From: Candidatus Nomurabacteria bacterium
GTDB lineage: Bacteria; Patescibacteriota; Minisyncoccia; Phycocordibacterales; UBA9973
DNA length: 64,000 bases
Reading direction: 5' to 3'
Assembly (NCBI GenBank): GCA_026396015.1
Contig: JAPLXP010000002.1
Coordinates: 5,502-69,501, forward strand
Numbering within the stretch: the stretch's first letter is position 1; each line of letters starts with the position of its first letter. Positions 41,377 through 49,885 of this stretch are shown piece after piece. Made by a program: the position numbers and the translations under genes. The notes under the pieces were generated by a model that was not told the DNA's origin, searched no databases, and worked only from the letters and a program-made list of their open reading frames with translations.

Positions 41377-41452
41377 AAATATATTATATCTTAATATCTT
41401 AAATTTTAATCAGTAACACAACTATATATACGTATTCAACTACCTTTTGGTG

Positions 41453-43192
41453 CTATTTTTCTAGGAATAGTCGAGCGAGGCGAAGAGTGTCATAGGAATG
41501 CTTGCCATCAAAATGCTCAAATACTGCGGACAGTGATCTGGTGTCTAGTTTATGGAATGCTTTATGAATAGCAGGTAGTGCCTTCTCTGTTTTCTTATCT
41601 AAAATTCTAGACAGTGCTCCGACAGGAATTTTCTCTTCTACCACTAGCTCCTCGATGTGTGTAAATATTGTACTCTCTTTTAATTTACGGATCTTTGCTA
41701 TCTCTACGATATCCTTTCCTTCATTCCACATATCTAGAGTCAATTCTTTTGTATCTACTTTTACGACTTTTTTCTCTTTAGCCTTTTTCTGAAAGTCAGA
41801 GCTCGGGTTCACTACCCCTCCTGATGCACGGATAAAATTGTCATGCATTTTTTGCAATTCTTTTTTATCTAATTTTGTAAATTCTATTTCTGCAGCACTT
41901 GATTGCTCTTTGAAGATTTGATCTTGGGAGAATATTTGTGGGTGAACTTCAAAAGCTCTCCTATTCCATCCGAGGAGATGTAGGCCTGAGAGTCGACGCA
42001 CACGAGATAGCGCCACATACCCCTGACCGTATTCAAATACATCAGACAGATCCATCACCGCCTCATCCAGACTCATACCCTGACTCTTGTGAACAGTGAT
42101 AGCCCATGCGAGGCGCAATGGAATCTGCGATATACTTGCACGTACTTTTCCATTCTCTTCGAGCGCCCACTCTGCAGGCTCGACTGTGAATTTCCTACCA
42201 TTACGATTCTCTACTATCGGATATCGAGTCCCCGATGCAAAGCCGACGATAGTGCCGAGTGTGCCATTCACATAGCCTTCCTTTTGATTGTTCTTTGTAC
42301 ACATAACCTCGGCCCCGAGCTTGAGCACTAGTGTATCCGGAGAGAGGCACCCCTTCTTCAATGTCTCTACGATAATATCTCGCCCTGTACCTACCATACG
42401 ATAGAATTCTTTTTCTTCTTTTATTTTCTCGAGCATTGCACTGTTTACACTATCCACATCTACATTACGAGAAAAAAGTTTTAGCATTTTATTTGAAGTC
42501 TTACCCACCTCTACCCTACGGGCCTCGAGGTGCTCGAACATGTCTTCGTCAAAAGTATTGGATCGAATAGAAGAAAGTATAGATAGGAATACATCGTCAT
42601 CCTGACGATACTGCTCGGACAAGTAGCAAGTGATCGGATGCGCTCTCTCCCAAGAGCTTGCCTCGTATGCAAATATCCCCAGTGGCTTCGCCTCAAATAA
42701 TGCATCCTGATTATAATCATCCTCTGGTACTTTTATATTTGTGATATCTCTCTTTGTAATAGGTGGGAGCTGGAAAAAATCTCCGACGAATATTACCTGC
42801 AATCCACCAAAAGCCTCGGTACTACGCCGCACCTCCCTACACACTGCATCTACCATATCGATAGTATTGGGTCCGAGCATGGACACCTCATCTATCACGA
42901 GGACTTTTGCTTTTGCTACACGACGAGTGACATATTCACTAGTAGATATTTTATCCAGATCATATTTAGTCAGAGTTTTACGAATACCAATACCACTCCA
43001 TGAATGGATAGTCATCCCTCCGATATGCGTGGCTGCGATACCAGTCGATGCAGTGATAGCCACCTCTACCCCACAAGATCGCAAATAAGACACATACTCA
43101 TTTATCGTATGTGTCTTCCCAGCCCCAGGCTCCCCTGTCAGGAAAACATTGGCACCAGTCCGCAATATTTGCAATGCCTCACTTTGAATCAT
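41453..43192 (-). CDS. PIF1-family (SF1B) DNA helicase with C-terminal HTH
   Basis: TGEPGAGKT, TIHSWSGIG, IDEVSM, GDFFQLPP, LAWAITVHKSQGMSL, GQGYVALSR. Confidence 0.92.
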   Translation of the reverse strand: MIQSEALQILRTGANVFLTGEPGAGKTHTINEYVSYLRSCGVEVAITASTGIAATHIGGMTIHSWSGIGIRKTLTKYDLDKISTSEYVTRRVAKAKVLVIDEVSMLGPNTIDMVDAVCREVRRSTEAFGGLQVIFVGDFFQLPPITKRDITNIKVPEDDYNQDALFEAKPLGIFAYEASSWERAHPITCYLSEQYRQDDDVFLSILSSIRSNTFDEDMFEHLEARRVEVGKTSNKMLKLFSRNVDVDSVNSAMLEKIKEEKEFYRMVGTGRDIIVETLKKGCLSPDTLVLKLGAEVMCTKNNQKEGYVNGTLGTIVGFASGTRYPIVENRNGRKFTVEPAEWALEENGKVRASISQIPLRLAWAITVHKSQGMSLDEAVMDLSDVFEYGQGYVALSRVRRLSGLHLLGWNRRAFEVHPQIFSQDQIFKEQSSAAEIEFTKLDKKELQKMHDNFIRASGGVVNPSSDFQKKAKEKKVVKVDTKELTLDMWNEGKDIVEIAKIRKLKESTIFTHIEELVVEEKIPVGALSRILDKKTEKALPAIHKAFHKLDTRSLSAVFEHFDGKHSYDTLRLARLFLEK

Positions 43193-43238
43193 TCTACTAG
43201 TATAGCAAATAAAAACCCTCCTGTTTGGAGGATTTTTA

Positions 43239-43656
43239 TTAATCTACAAAAATTATTTTATTTATAAATGCAGGGATTATTTTAGCATGACCGATAAAAA
43301 TATTTGAGGGCAGGCTGTCAAACGGAAAAAATTTCCATTCATAGCATTTCTCAGGTTCTACTAGTGTCGGCTCACCCACTACGTTTGATGCTAAAAAATT
43401 CAGATGAATATAATGTACATTTTCCATTGGATCATTCACAACATTTGAGAATTCTAGGTCAGCGACTAGGCCAGTCTCCTCAAATAGTTCCCTTTTGGCC
43501 CCCGAGATAGCAGACTCACCAAATTCAAGATGGCCACCAGGCAGACCCCAGTCTCCAGTCTCCATCGCCTGCAGTGTTGCGTCGTTGCCCGAGCAATAAC
43601 ATTTTGTCTTTTACAACAATCACATTCACCCCTACCTTTGGCCTTTGTTTATCCAT
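43239..43656 (-). pseudogene. NUDIX hydrolase (NUDT15-like), frameshifted by a 7-bp tandem duplication
   Basis: ATG 43656 gives MDKQRPKVGVNVIV...GDGDW. CCAGTCT is duplicated at 43548-43561; removing one copy restores WGLPGGHLEFGES..RELFEETG (136 aa). Confidence 0.85.
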
Positions 43657-43703
43657 ATATAAATTATATCACGTAGATAAAAAAAATATGATATTATAAA
43701 TGT

Positions 43704-44132
43704 ATGGAAAAATCACTATTCATGATCAAACCAGAAGGAATGAATCACAAGGAAGAAATTATGTCTTTCATCGAAAAGAATGGCCTAAAAATTACAAAGT
43801 GGAGAACTATGATACTAGATGAGGATCAGCTTAAGAAAATTTATCACGATACAGATGGGTATCTTTGGGATAAGACAAGGGAGCATTTTCTGGGTAAGGA
43901 GGTACTAGCTGCTGAAGTAGAAGATCCTGAAGCCATAGAAAAATTAAAGACTATCTGTGGTTCAAAGACCGACCCAGTGATGTGTGAAGCCAATTCTATT
44001 AGAAAATATTTTAAAGATATTACAGAAAGAGATGTATCCAAATATCACAAAAATATAATTCATAGAGCTGTGGACGAAAAAGAAGTTGAAGACCAGACAC
44101 TCATTTTCTTCCCTCCTGGAAGAGATATATAA
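43704..44132 (+). CDS. Nucleoside-diphosphate kinase-like protein
   Basis: MIKPEG, G.TDP...NSIR, NIIH (catalytic His position). Confidence 0.8.
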   Translation: MEKSLFMIKPEGMNHKEEIMSFIEKNGLKITKWRTMILDEDQLKKIYHDTDGYLWDKTREHFLGKEVLAAEVEDPEAIEKLKTICGSKTDPVMCEANSIRKYFKDITERDVSKYHKNIIHRAVDEKEVEDQTLIFFPPGRDI

Positions 44133-44133
44133 T

Positions 44134-44160
44134 AAAAAAGCCTCCGCAACGGAGGCTTTT
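44134..44160. terminator. Bidirectional terminator
   Basis: AAAAGCCTCC-GCAAC-GGAGGCTTTT. Confidence 0.75.
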
Positions 44161-44164
44161 AAAT

Positions 44165-44821
44165 TTAAATTGCTGTAATAAATCCAAAACCGCGACTGAA
44201 TTTAAAATCATAAAAATCGCTCAAGATATATCTGATGATGCAAATATCCCTGTGATACACATAAGCCATTTTTTCTTTTTCAAAAATACGATCTGCATGA
44301 GATATAAAAGCCAATTCTTTCAATAAGAATTGAATACCTATTTCTACTGCTTCCCCACTCGGAGCCAATACCCCATTAGACAACAGAACTTCGATAGTTG
44401 TTGTCCTCACTGCATTCATAAAATTCTCATCTGATTGATATGCATTCCTTAAATCAAATAGTGCCTCTGTATAATAAATATTGGAATTGAAATTCTTCCA
44501 ACGCAACACCCTAACAGAAGTGGCGACATCAAGAGATTCAATAATCTGATTGCATTTGTTTTCTAAAGCATTGGATTTCTTTTTCGATTTCCTTTCTGCT
44601 TCTTTTTCTGTGTACCCTAGTGCCATCATCGTATGGACTGCTGGCTCGTCGGGTATCATAATATAAACAGAATTCGACCTCTTTGAGGCCCAAGATATTA
44701 GCCTGATTAAATTCTCATCTTTAAAGTAGCTGTTGTTGATACTTACACCGATAATGAGTGCTGTGTCCCTATTGGCTAGGGCTTCTTCGTTCAGAGACGA
44801 ATCTTTGATTTGTATTTCCAT
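44165..44821 (-). CDS. tRNA-dependent cyclodipeptide synthase (CDPS, NYH type)
   Basis: IIGVSINNSYF (catalytic Ser27, Asn30), HTMMALGY..EAERK, FLLKELAF (Glu169), YVYH (Tyr189-His190). Confidence 0.88.
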   Translation of the reverse strand: MEIQIKDSSLNEEALANRDTALIIGVSINNSYFKDENLIRLISWASKRSNSVYIMIPDEPAVHTMMALGYTEKEAERKSKKKSNALENKCNQIIESLDVATSVRVLRWKNFNSNIYYTEALFDLRNAYQSDENFMNAVRTTTIEVLLSNGVLAPSGEAVEIGIQFLLKELAFISHADRIFEKEKMAYVYHRDICIIRYILSDFYDFKFSRGFGFITAI

Positions 44822-44852
44822 ATTTTTGTATTTAGTTTTTGAAAGATGTTTT

Positions 44853-44884
44853 AACTATTTGAAACCGTGCGGTTTCAAATAGTT
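44853..44884. repeat. Inverted repeat upstream of CDPS
   Basis: AACTATTTGAAACCG-TG-CGGTTTCAAATAGTT. Confidence 0.85.
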
Positions 44885-44967
44885 TGATTTATTGTTTTTG
44901 TTTTATTTAAAAGAATCATAATCTGCATATTTGACAATGTATATTTTATGTGGTTATTTAATATAAT

Positions 44968-44986
44968 AGTGTCAAAAAATGACACT
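44968..44986. promoter_or_regulatory. Putative operator in the CDPS/regulator divergent region
   Basis: AGTGTCA-N5-TGACACT next to the TGATATACT -10 box. Confidence 0.55.
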
Positions 44987-45003
44987 TGTGATATACTATA
45001 GAA

Positions 45004-45852
45004 ATGTTACTTTCACTTCATTCTGAAGAAAAAATTGAAGAGACTATTGTAGAGATATTACACAAGGGTGGGCAGACAGGCCCTACCCTACTTGAGAGTG
45101 TCAGAGTAAAGGATAATAAAATTTCAAAGGAAACTTTTTATAGAGTGATACGTAGATTATTGAAAGAAGAAGTTTTAAATAAAAATAAAAGCATCTATCA
45201 ACTCAATAGATACTGGCTACAACGAATATACCAATTCGGAAAAAAGCATATTAAAGAAGAAGTTGTCACAGACAATGACCACATCCTATCTTTCAAGGAC
45301 GGAGACAAAATCAGATACAAGTTCAAAAATCCCAATACTATGGGTATATACTGGACTCATATATACGATATGGTTTATGAAAATCATGACCCAAAGATTC
45401 CCATACTTGTATTCCACCCTCATGAATGGCTGATCTATACTCGAGTAAAATCTGAATTATTTTTCTTGAGTAAATTTAAAGATGAGAAAAAACTAGCATT
45501 ATTCTCTATCGGAGGAAATACACCCCTAGATAAAAAATTTAAAAATGATTGGAATGATGAATATATACAGATAAGTACTGGGACCAGTCATGGATTCAAA
45601 AAGACTGAATACATAAATATCTTAGGCGACTATATATTCAAGATCACAGTTAGTAAAAAATGGAGTGATGATATAGAAAAATTCTTTAACACTCACACAG
45701 AGATGGATAGTAAATCTCAGGCAGAGCTTTCAAAGCTCTGCAATAGAAATGATGAAGTACGGATGCTATTCACTAGATCAAAAAAGGAGGCAGACAAATG
45801 GCGAACAAAATATAAAAAACATTTCTATATACCAAAAGGATACACAAAATAA
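45004..45852 (+). CDS. Putative winged-helix transcriptional regulator with C-terminal domain
   Basis: IVEILHKGGQTGPTL..ISKETFYRVIRRLLKEEVL..YQLN, a wHTH-like pattern. Confidence 0.6.
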   Translation: MLLSLHSEEKIEETIVEILHKGGQTGPTLLESVRVKDNKISKETFYRVIRRLLKEEVLNKNKSIYQLNRYWLQRIYQFGKKHIKEEVVTDNDHILSFKDGDKIRYKFKNPNTMGIYWTHIYDMVYENHDPKIPILVFHPHEWLIYTRVKSELFFLSKFKDEKKLALFSIGGNTPLDKKFKNDWNDEYIQISTGTSHGFKKTEYINILGDYIFKITVSKKWSDDIEKFFNTHTEMDSKSQAELSKLCNRNDEVRMLFTRSKKEADKWRTKYKKHFYIPKGYTK

Positions 45853-45899
45853 AAAATTACATCTAAAACCGTACGGTTTTAGATGTAATTTTTTATTTT
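45846..45899. terminator. 54-bp perfect palindrome / bidirectional terminator
   Basis: Centred on AAAACCGT|ACGGTTTT and covering both convergent stop codons. Confidence 0.85.
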
Positions 45900-46795
45900 A
45901 ATAAATTTAAAGTTCTTTCTTTTATGGATTCATACTTATCCTTTTGCTCCGAGTAGGCATAAAAGGCGAGCGAACCTAATCCTATTCGGAGTTTGTAGCA
46001 GAGTAGGCGCTCTTCGAAATTTTCTAAATTCATGTCTCTATAAGCTTGCTCTGCATTTTTATTTGGGTCATTTTTTATTGACCAAAAGGATAACCATGCG
46101 ACATCATAAATAAAATCTCCATACATAGATTCACCCCAATCTAGGATTCCGGTAATTTTTCCATTGTTCGAGACTACATTATTTGATCCATAATCCGAAT
46201 GAATAAGAAATCTCTCCTCTGGGCAGAATTCCACCAGTTCTTCTATTTTAGAATAAATTTTATCCCACACATCTTTTTCCAAAAAAGATGTGTTAAATAA
46301 TTCATCTTTATTAATATGAGTTCCTACGGCCAAAATAAAATCTTTCCAACTTTCAGACTCCCCTAGACCATCCTTGTTCCATTTCCCAAAACCATTTGAA
46401 TCGCTTATATCTATAGAATTTATTTCTCCCAAGATAGAGATCAGCTCTGGAAGAATTTTCTGATATTCCTCTTCAGGTAGAAGATTGATGGTCTGCCCTA
46501 GAGCTCTCTTGGAAATACAAACATAATGTATATCATCCAATTTGACAGTCTCTATTATTTCGGGAATTGGTAAATCTTTTTTGGTAAAATATTTTGAAGC
46601 ATATTCATCTTTATAAAAACTACGAGCACCTTTATTCACCCGAGCCACCAAATCCAGCCCTTTTGAGTTAAAAGCAAAAGCCTGTGAAGACTCCCCGCCT
46701 TTGAGAAATTCCAATTCTTTTATTTCTGGATCAAAATTTTCTCTCAAAAATGAAAGAACTAGATCCTGATCAATTTTTGTTTTTACTGTAGACAT
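45893..46795 (-). CDS. Aminoglycoside phosphotransferase-family kinase, APH(4)/hygromycin-kinase-like
   Basis: GESSQAFAF, RVN....FYKD.Y, LPIPE, HSDYGSNNV, ILDWGESMYGD. Confidence 0.85.
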   Translation of the reverse strand: MSTVKTKIDQDLVLSFLRENFDPEIKELEFLKGGESSQAFAFNSKGLDLVARVNKGARSFYKDEYASKYFTKKDLPIPEIIETVKLDDIHYVCISKRALGQTINLLPEEEYQKILPELISILGEINSIDISDSNGFGKWNKDGLGESESWKDFILAVGTHINKDELFNTSFLEKDVWDKIYSKIEELVEFCPEERFLIHSDYGSNNVVSNNGKITGILDWGESMYGDFIYDVAWLSFWSIKNDPNKNAEQAYRDMNLENFEERLLCYKLRIGLGSLAFYAYSEQKDKYESIKERTLNLLK

Positions 46796-46802
46796 ATTAT
46801 TT

Positions 46803-47378
46803 CTATACTAATATCCCAAAAGATTTTAATTCTTCAACAACGTCAGATACTGGTAGACCGATTATATTGTCCATGTCGCCTTCGGTACGGTCGATGAATT
46901 TTGCACCGATTAGTTGGATTGCGTATCCACCGGCTTTTTCTAGTGGCTCTCCTGTGGCTATATATTCATGAATTTCTTCGTCAGTCATTTCTTTGAAAAA
47001 TACTTTTGATTCTACTGATTTTGAAATACTCTGATTTGTGTCTGTATCAATAATAGTGAATCCTGTGATCACATAGTGCATATTTCCCGAGAGCATTTTT
47101 AGCATTTCGTAGGCACGCTCTGGTGTATGAGGTTTGCCGAGGACCTTGTCCTCAAAAGCTAGAAATGTATCCCCTGAGATAATTATTGAATTTGGAAAAT
47201 CAGATACGAGCGATTCTGCCTTCCCTCTGGATAGGAATTGTGCCAAATCATGTGGACTCATGGGTAGAGTCATGTCCTCTTCGTATTTACCTGGGACGAC
47301 CTCGAAAGGTAGACCTGTCTTTGATAGGATCTCTTTTCTGCGTGGTGATGTAGATGCTAGTATAATTCTCTTGCTCAT
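46803..47378 (-). CDS. maf: Maf (YhdE-type) nucleotide pyrophosphatase
   Basis: ILASTSPRRKE, DT..LGKP, EPLEKAGGYAIQ, NIIGLP. Confidence 0.93.
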   Translation of the reverse strand: MSKRIILASTSPRRKEILSKTGLPFEVVPGKYEEDMTLPMSPHDLAQFLSRGKAESLVSDFPNSIIISGDTFLAFEDKVLGKPHTPERAYEMLKMLSGNMHYVITGFTIIDTDTNQSISKSVESKVFFKEMTDEEIHEYIATGEPLEKAGGYAIQLIGAKFIDRTEGDMDNIIGLPVSDVVEELKSFGILV

Positions 47379-47419
47379 ATATTTATATATACTATCATTT
47401 TCTTAAATTGCAATAAATT

Positions 47420-47758
47420 TTAGAACAACACCAGCCCTAACAATATTGAGCAGATATTTGCAACCAGCGACACAAATAATGACTGGCTAAATTTAAGATT
47501 GAGTAACCTCCAATATATTACTGCCTCAGATATAAAGATAATCAATTCCCCACCGATCAGATAAGACAGCCGATGAGAAAAATATACAGGAAAGATAAAC
47601 CAAAAATAAGGAAGTGTCAGGGTTGAGGCTAGGATTCCAACAAAGATTATATTTTTATTAATAATCTTGTATCTAAACTTACAAATAAAATACAAGATGG
47701 GTACCTCTACTGCAAGTGTCGTAGTCAGGGCTAATAAAAATTTTATTTCATAAATCAT
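47420..47758 (-). CDS. Small 4-TM membrane protein
   Basis: Hydrophobic ORF (T.AVE.P, TLPY.W, GE...E, AN..S) coupled to the upstream gene. Confidence 0.7.
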   Translation of the reverse strand: MIYEIKFLLALTTTLAVEVPILYFICKFRYKIINKNIIFVGILASTLTLPYFWFIFPVYFSHRLSYLIGGELIIFISEAVIYWRLLNLKFSQSLFVSLVANICSILLGLVLF

Positions 47759-47763
47759 AAATA

Positions 47764-48477
47764 CTACTTCATGAGCATGAGGGTTTGGAGTCCAACAGAT
47801 CCATCAGATTTGAGTTGGTGATTCTTCTGGAACAACATAACTGCCTTTTTTGTTTGTAATCCAAAATTTCCATCCTCCTTCATATTAGTCTTAAAAAAAT
47901 TATTCAAATATTTTTGTACCATCCTCACACTTTCATCATTCTTCATACCTACCTTCAATGTCTTTTTTATTTTTGATATATCAGATGAGTTCGAAGGTGT
48001 ATCTGTAAAATTTTTAATTTGTATTGGACTTCCGTTGTTGTATTCTGAAGTGTCACTAATTTTTACTAATTTAAAACCACTTCCTGATGATACAAGAGAA
48101 TACTCTATGGTCTGCTTTTTTATTGGATTCTTGTCATCAACATAACCACCATAAACATCCATATCTTTAACTAGTCGTTTGTCAGCATCTATAACTTCTG
48201 GATTTTCTTTTGTATTCCAATACAAATCCAAACTATTAAATTTATACCCTTTTGAAATACATGTATTATTTTTTACAAGGAAGACGCCATTTGAGCTAGC
48301 CATAGGGCCACTAGTCTTTCCGATCAAAACAATATGTGAAAAAGAATCCAAATTTATAACCTTCGCACAAAGATCGAGATAATGTGTGCCGGGCATGATA
48401 ACATCCGCCGAAGCAAAAAATGGAGACAATATTAAACCGAAGAGAAATACAAAGCTAAATATTTTAAATTTATTCAT
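47764..48477 (-). CDS. Secreted protein with C-terminal peptidoglycan-binding domain
   Basis: Signal peptide; LKVG..V..VQ.YL..DG.FG.QTKKAV..FQ...L..DG.VG..T. Confidence 0.8.
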   Translation of the reverse strand: MNKFKIFSFVFLFGLILSPFFASADVIMPGTHYLDLCAKVINLDSFSHIVLIGKTSGPMASSNGVFLVKNNTCISKGYKFNSLDLYWNTKENPEVIDADKRLVKDMDVYGGYVDDKNPIKKQTIEYSLVSSGSGFKLVKISDTSEYNNGSPIQIKNFTDTPSNSSDISKIKKTLKVGMKNDESVRMVQKYLNNFFKTNMKEDGNFGLQTKKAVMLFQKNHQLKSDGSVGLQTLMLMK

Positions 48478-48500
48478 AATACACGTATTATACTCCAAAA

Positions 48501-48539
48501 ATAATAAAAGGCCCTCAACACTGAGGGCCTTTTATTATT
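48501..48539. terminator. Terminator
   Basis: ATAAAAGGCCCTCA-ACAC-TGAGGGCCTTTTAT. Confidence 0.75.
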
Positions 48540-49209
48540 TATCAAAAACTTCTATATAAATATCATTTTCAAATAGGTTCAAATCTTTTTTGAAAAGAAT
48601 TTTTGATATGTGATAGAGAGTATATGTGATGAAGAATGCAGAGAAAACATCAATAGAATAGTGGAGGTGTCCGAGTAGGACAACAGTCGCGAAGAAAACA
48701 GAAGATCCCAAGAATATAAAACGAAGAGGCTTTATGTCCCAGAAGATCAAAGCAAGTAAAAATGGTATCCCAGTATGACCAGAGAAAAATAGATCCCCCG
48801 CAAAAGAGAACTTGCTAATCATATCAAGTGGTGAAATAAATATCTGACTTGGAAATGGGGCGATGTGTGTGAGATTTATAAAAAACGCACGCACTACGAT
48901 AAACAAACTGACAGACTTAAAAATAAAAGGAAATCTTTTAATATAAAGTAGACAGATGATTATAGAGAAGATGAAAAAATAAAAAGTACCTTCAACAAAC
49001 AAACCATTCACTGCAAAAGCACGTATATTGTTCAAGACTAGATCTGTCACTGAATTACTTGCCTTTAATGTGGCATAAGTGCCAGCATAAAAATTAATAA
49101 TCAATGCAAAAGTAATCATTGCCAATGAAGCAAAAAATGAGATCAAAAAATCTCTTTGTCTAAAGTGTGTCGAATATGATTTAATTAATATTTTTAATTT
49201 TTCATTCAT
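48535..49209 (-). CDS. PAP2/sphingomyelin-synthase-like phosphotransferase (paralog 2)
   Basis: GDLFFSGHT and HYSIDV..AFFIT...YH, about 6 TM. Confidence 0.8.
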   Translation of the reverse strand: MNEKLKILIKSYSTHFRQRDFLISFFASLAMITFALIINFYAGTYATLKASNSVTDLVLNNIRAFAVNGLFVEGTFYFFIFSIIICLLYIKRFPFIFKSVSLFIVVRAFFINLTHIAPFPSQIFISPLDMISKFSFAGDLFFSGHTGIPFLLALIFWDIKPLRFIFLGSSVFFATVVLLGHLHYSIDVFSAFFITYTLYHISKILFKKDLNLFENDIYIEVFDK

Positions 49210-49213
49210 AGTA

Positions 49214-49885
49214 CTATGATACCACATTCATGGTAGTTTCATTTTTATACATATTTAGATCTTTACTGAATAATATTTCTGATATGTGGAATATTGTATA
49301 TGTTATAAAGAAAGCAGACAATACATCAATAGAGTAATGTAGGTGCCCCAATAAAACTACAGTGCCAAAAAATACTGAAGATAATAAAAATGTTATACGC
49401 AAATATTTAATGTCCCAAAAGATAAGCATCAGTAGGAATGGTATTCCAGTATGACCAGAAAAAAATAAATCTCCACCAAAAGAAAATTTACTAATCAGAT
49501 CTACTGGTGATATAAATATCTGACTGGGGAATGGACCTATATGAGTCAAACTAATAAATACAGAACGTATAATAATAAAAAGACTTAATGTTTTAAAAAT
49601 AAAAGGAGCTCTTCGTATATACAATAAACATACCAAAATTAGAAAAGCCCAAAAAACAAAAGTTCCCCAGACAAACAATCCATCTACGTCAAATGCTCGA
49701 ATATTGTTCAACACTACATCCGTCACAGCATTACTGGCGTGCACTGTAGCATATGTGCCTGCGTAAAAATTTATAATCAGAGCAACACATATCATTACCA
49801 GTGACAAAATAAAAGATTGTAAAAAATCTTTTTGACCAAAGTGCGACTTATATGACGACCACAATGTATTGAATTTATTTTTCAT
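49214..49885 (-). CDS. PAP2/sphingomyelin-synthase-like phosphotransferase (paralog 1)
   Basis: GDLFFSGHT and HYSIDV..AFFIT...FH; tandem paralog of the next gene. Confidence 0.8.
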   Translation of the reverse strand: MKNKFNTLWSSYKSHFGQKDFLQSFILSLVMICVALIINFYAGTYATVHASNAVTDVVLNNIRAFDVDGLFVWGTFVFWAFLILVCLLYIRRAPFIFKTLSLFIIIRSVFISLTHIGPFPSQIFISPVDLISKFSFGGDLFFSGHTGIPFLLMLIFWDIKYLRITFLLSSVFFGTVVLLGHLHYSIDVLSAFFITYTIFHISEILFSKDLNMYKNETTMNVVS

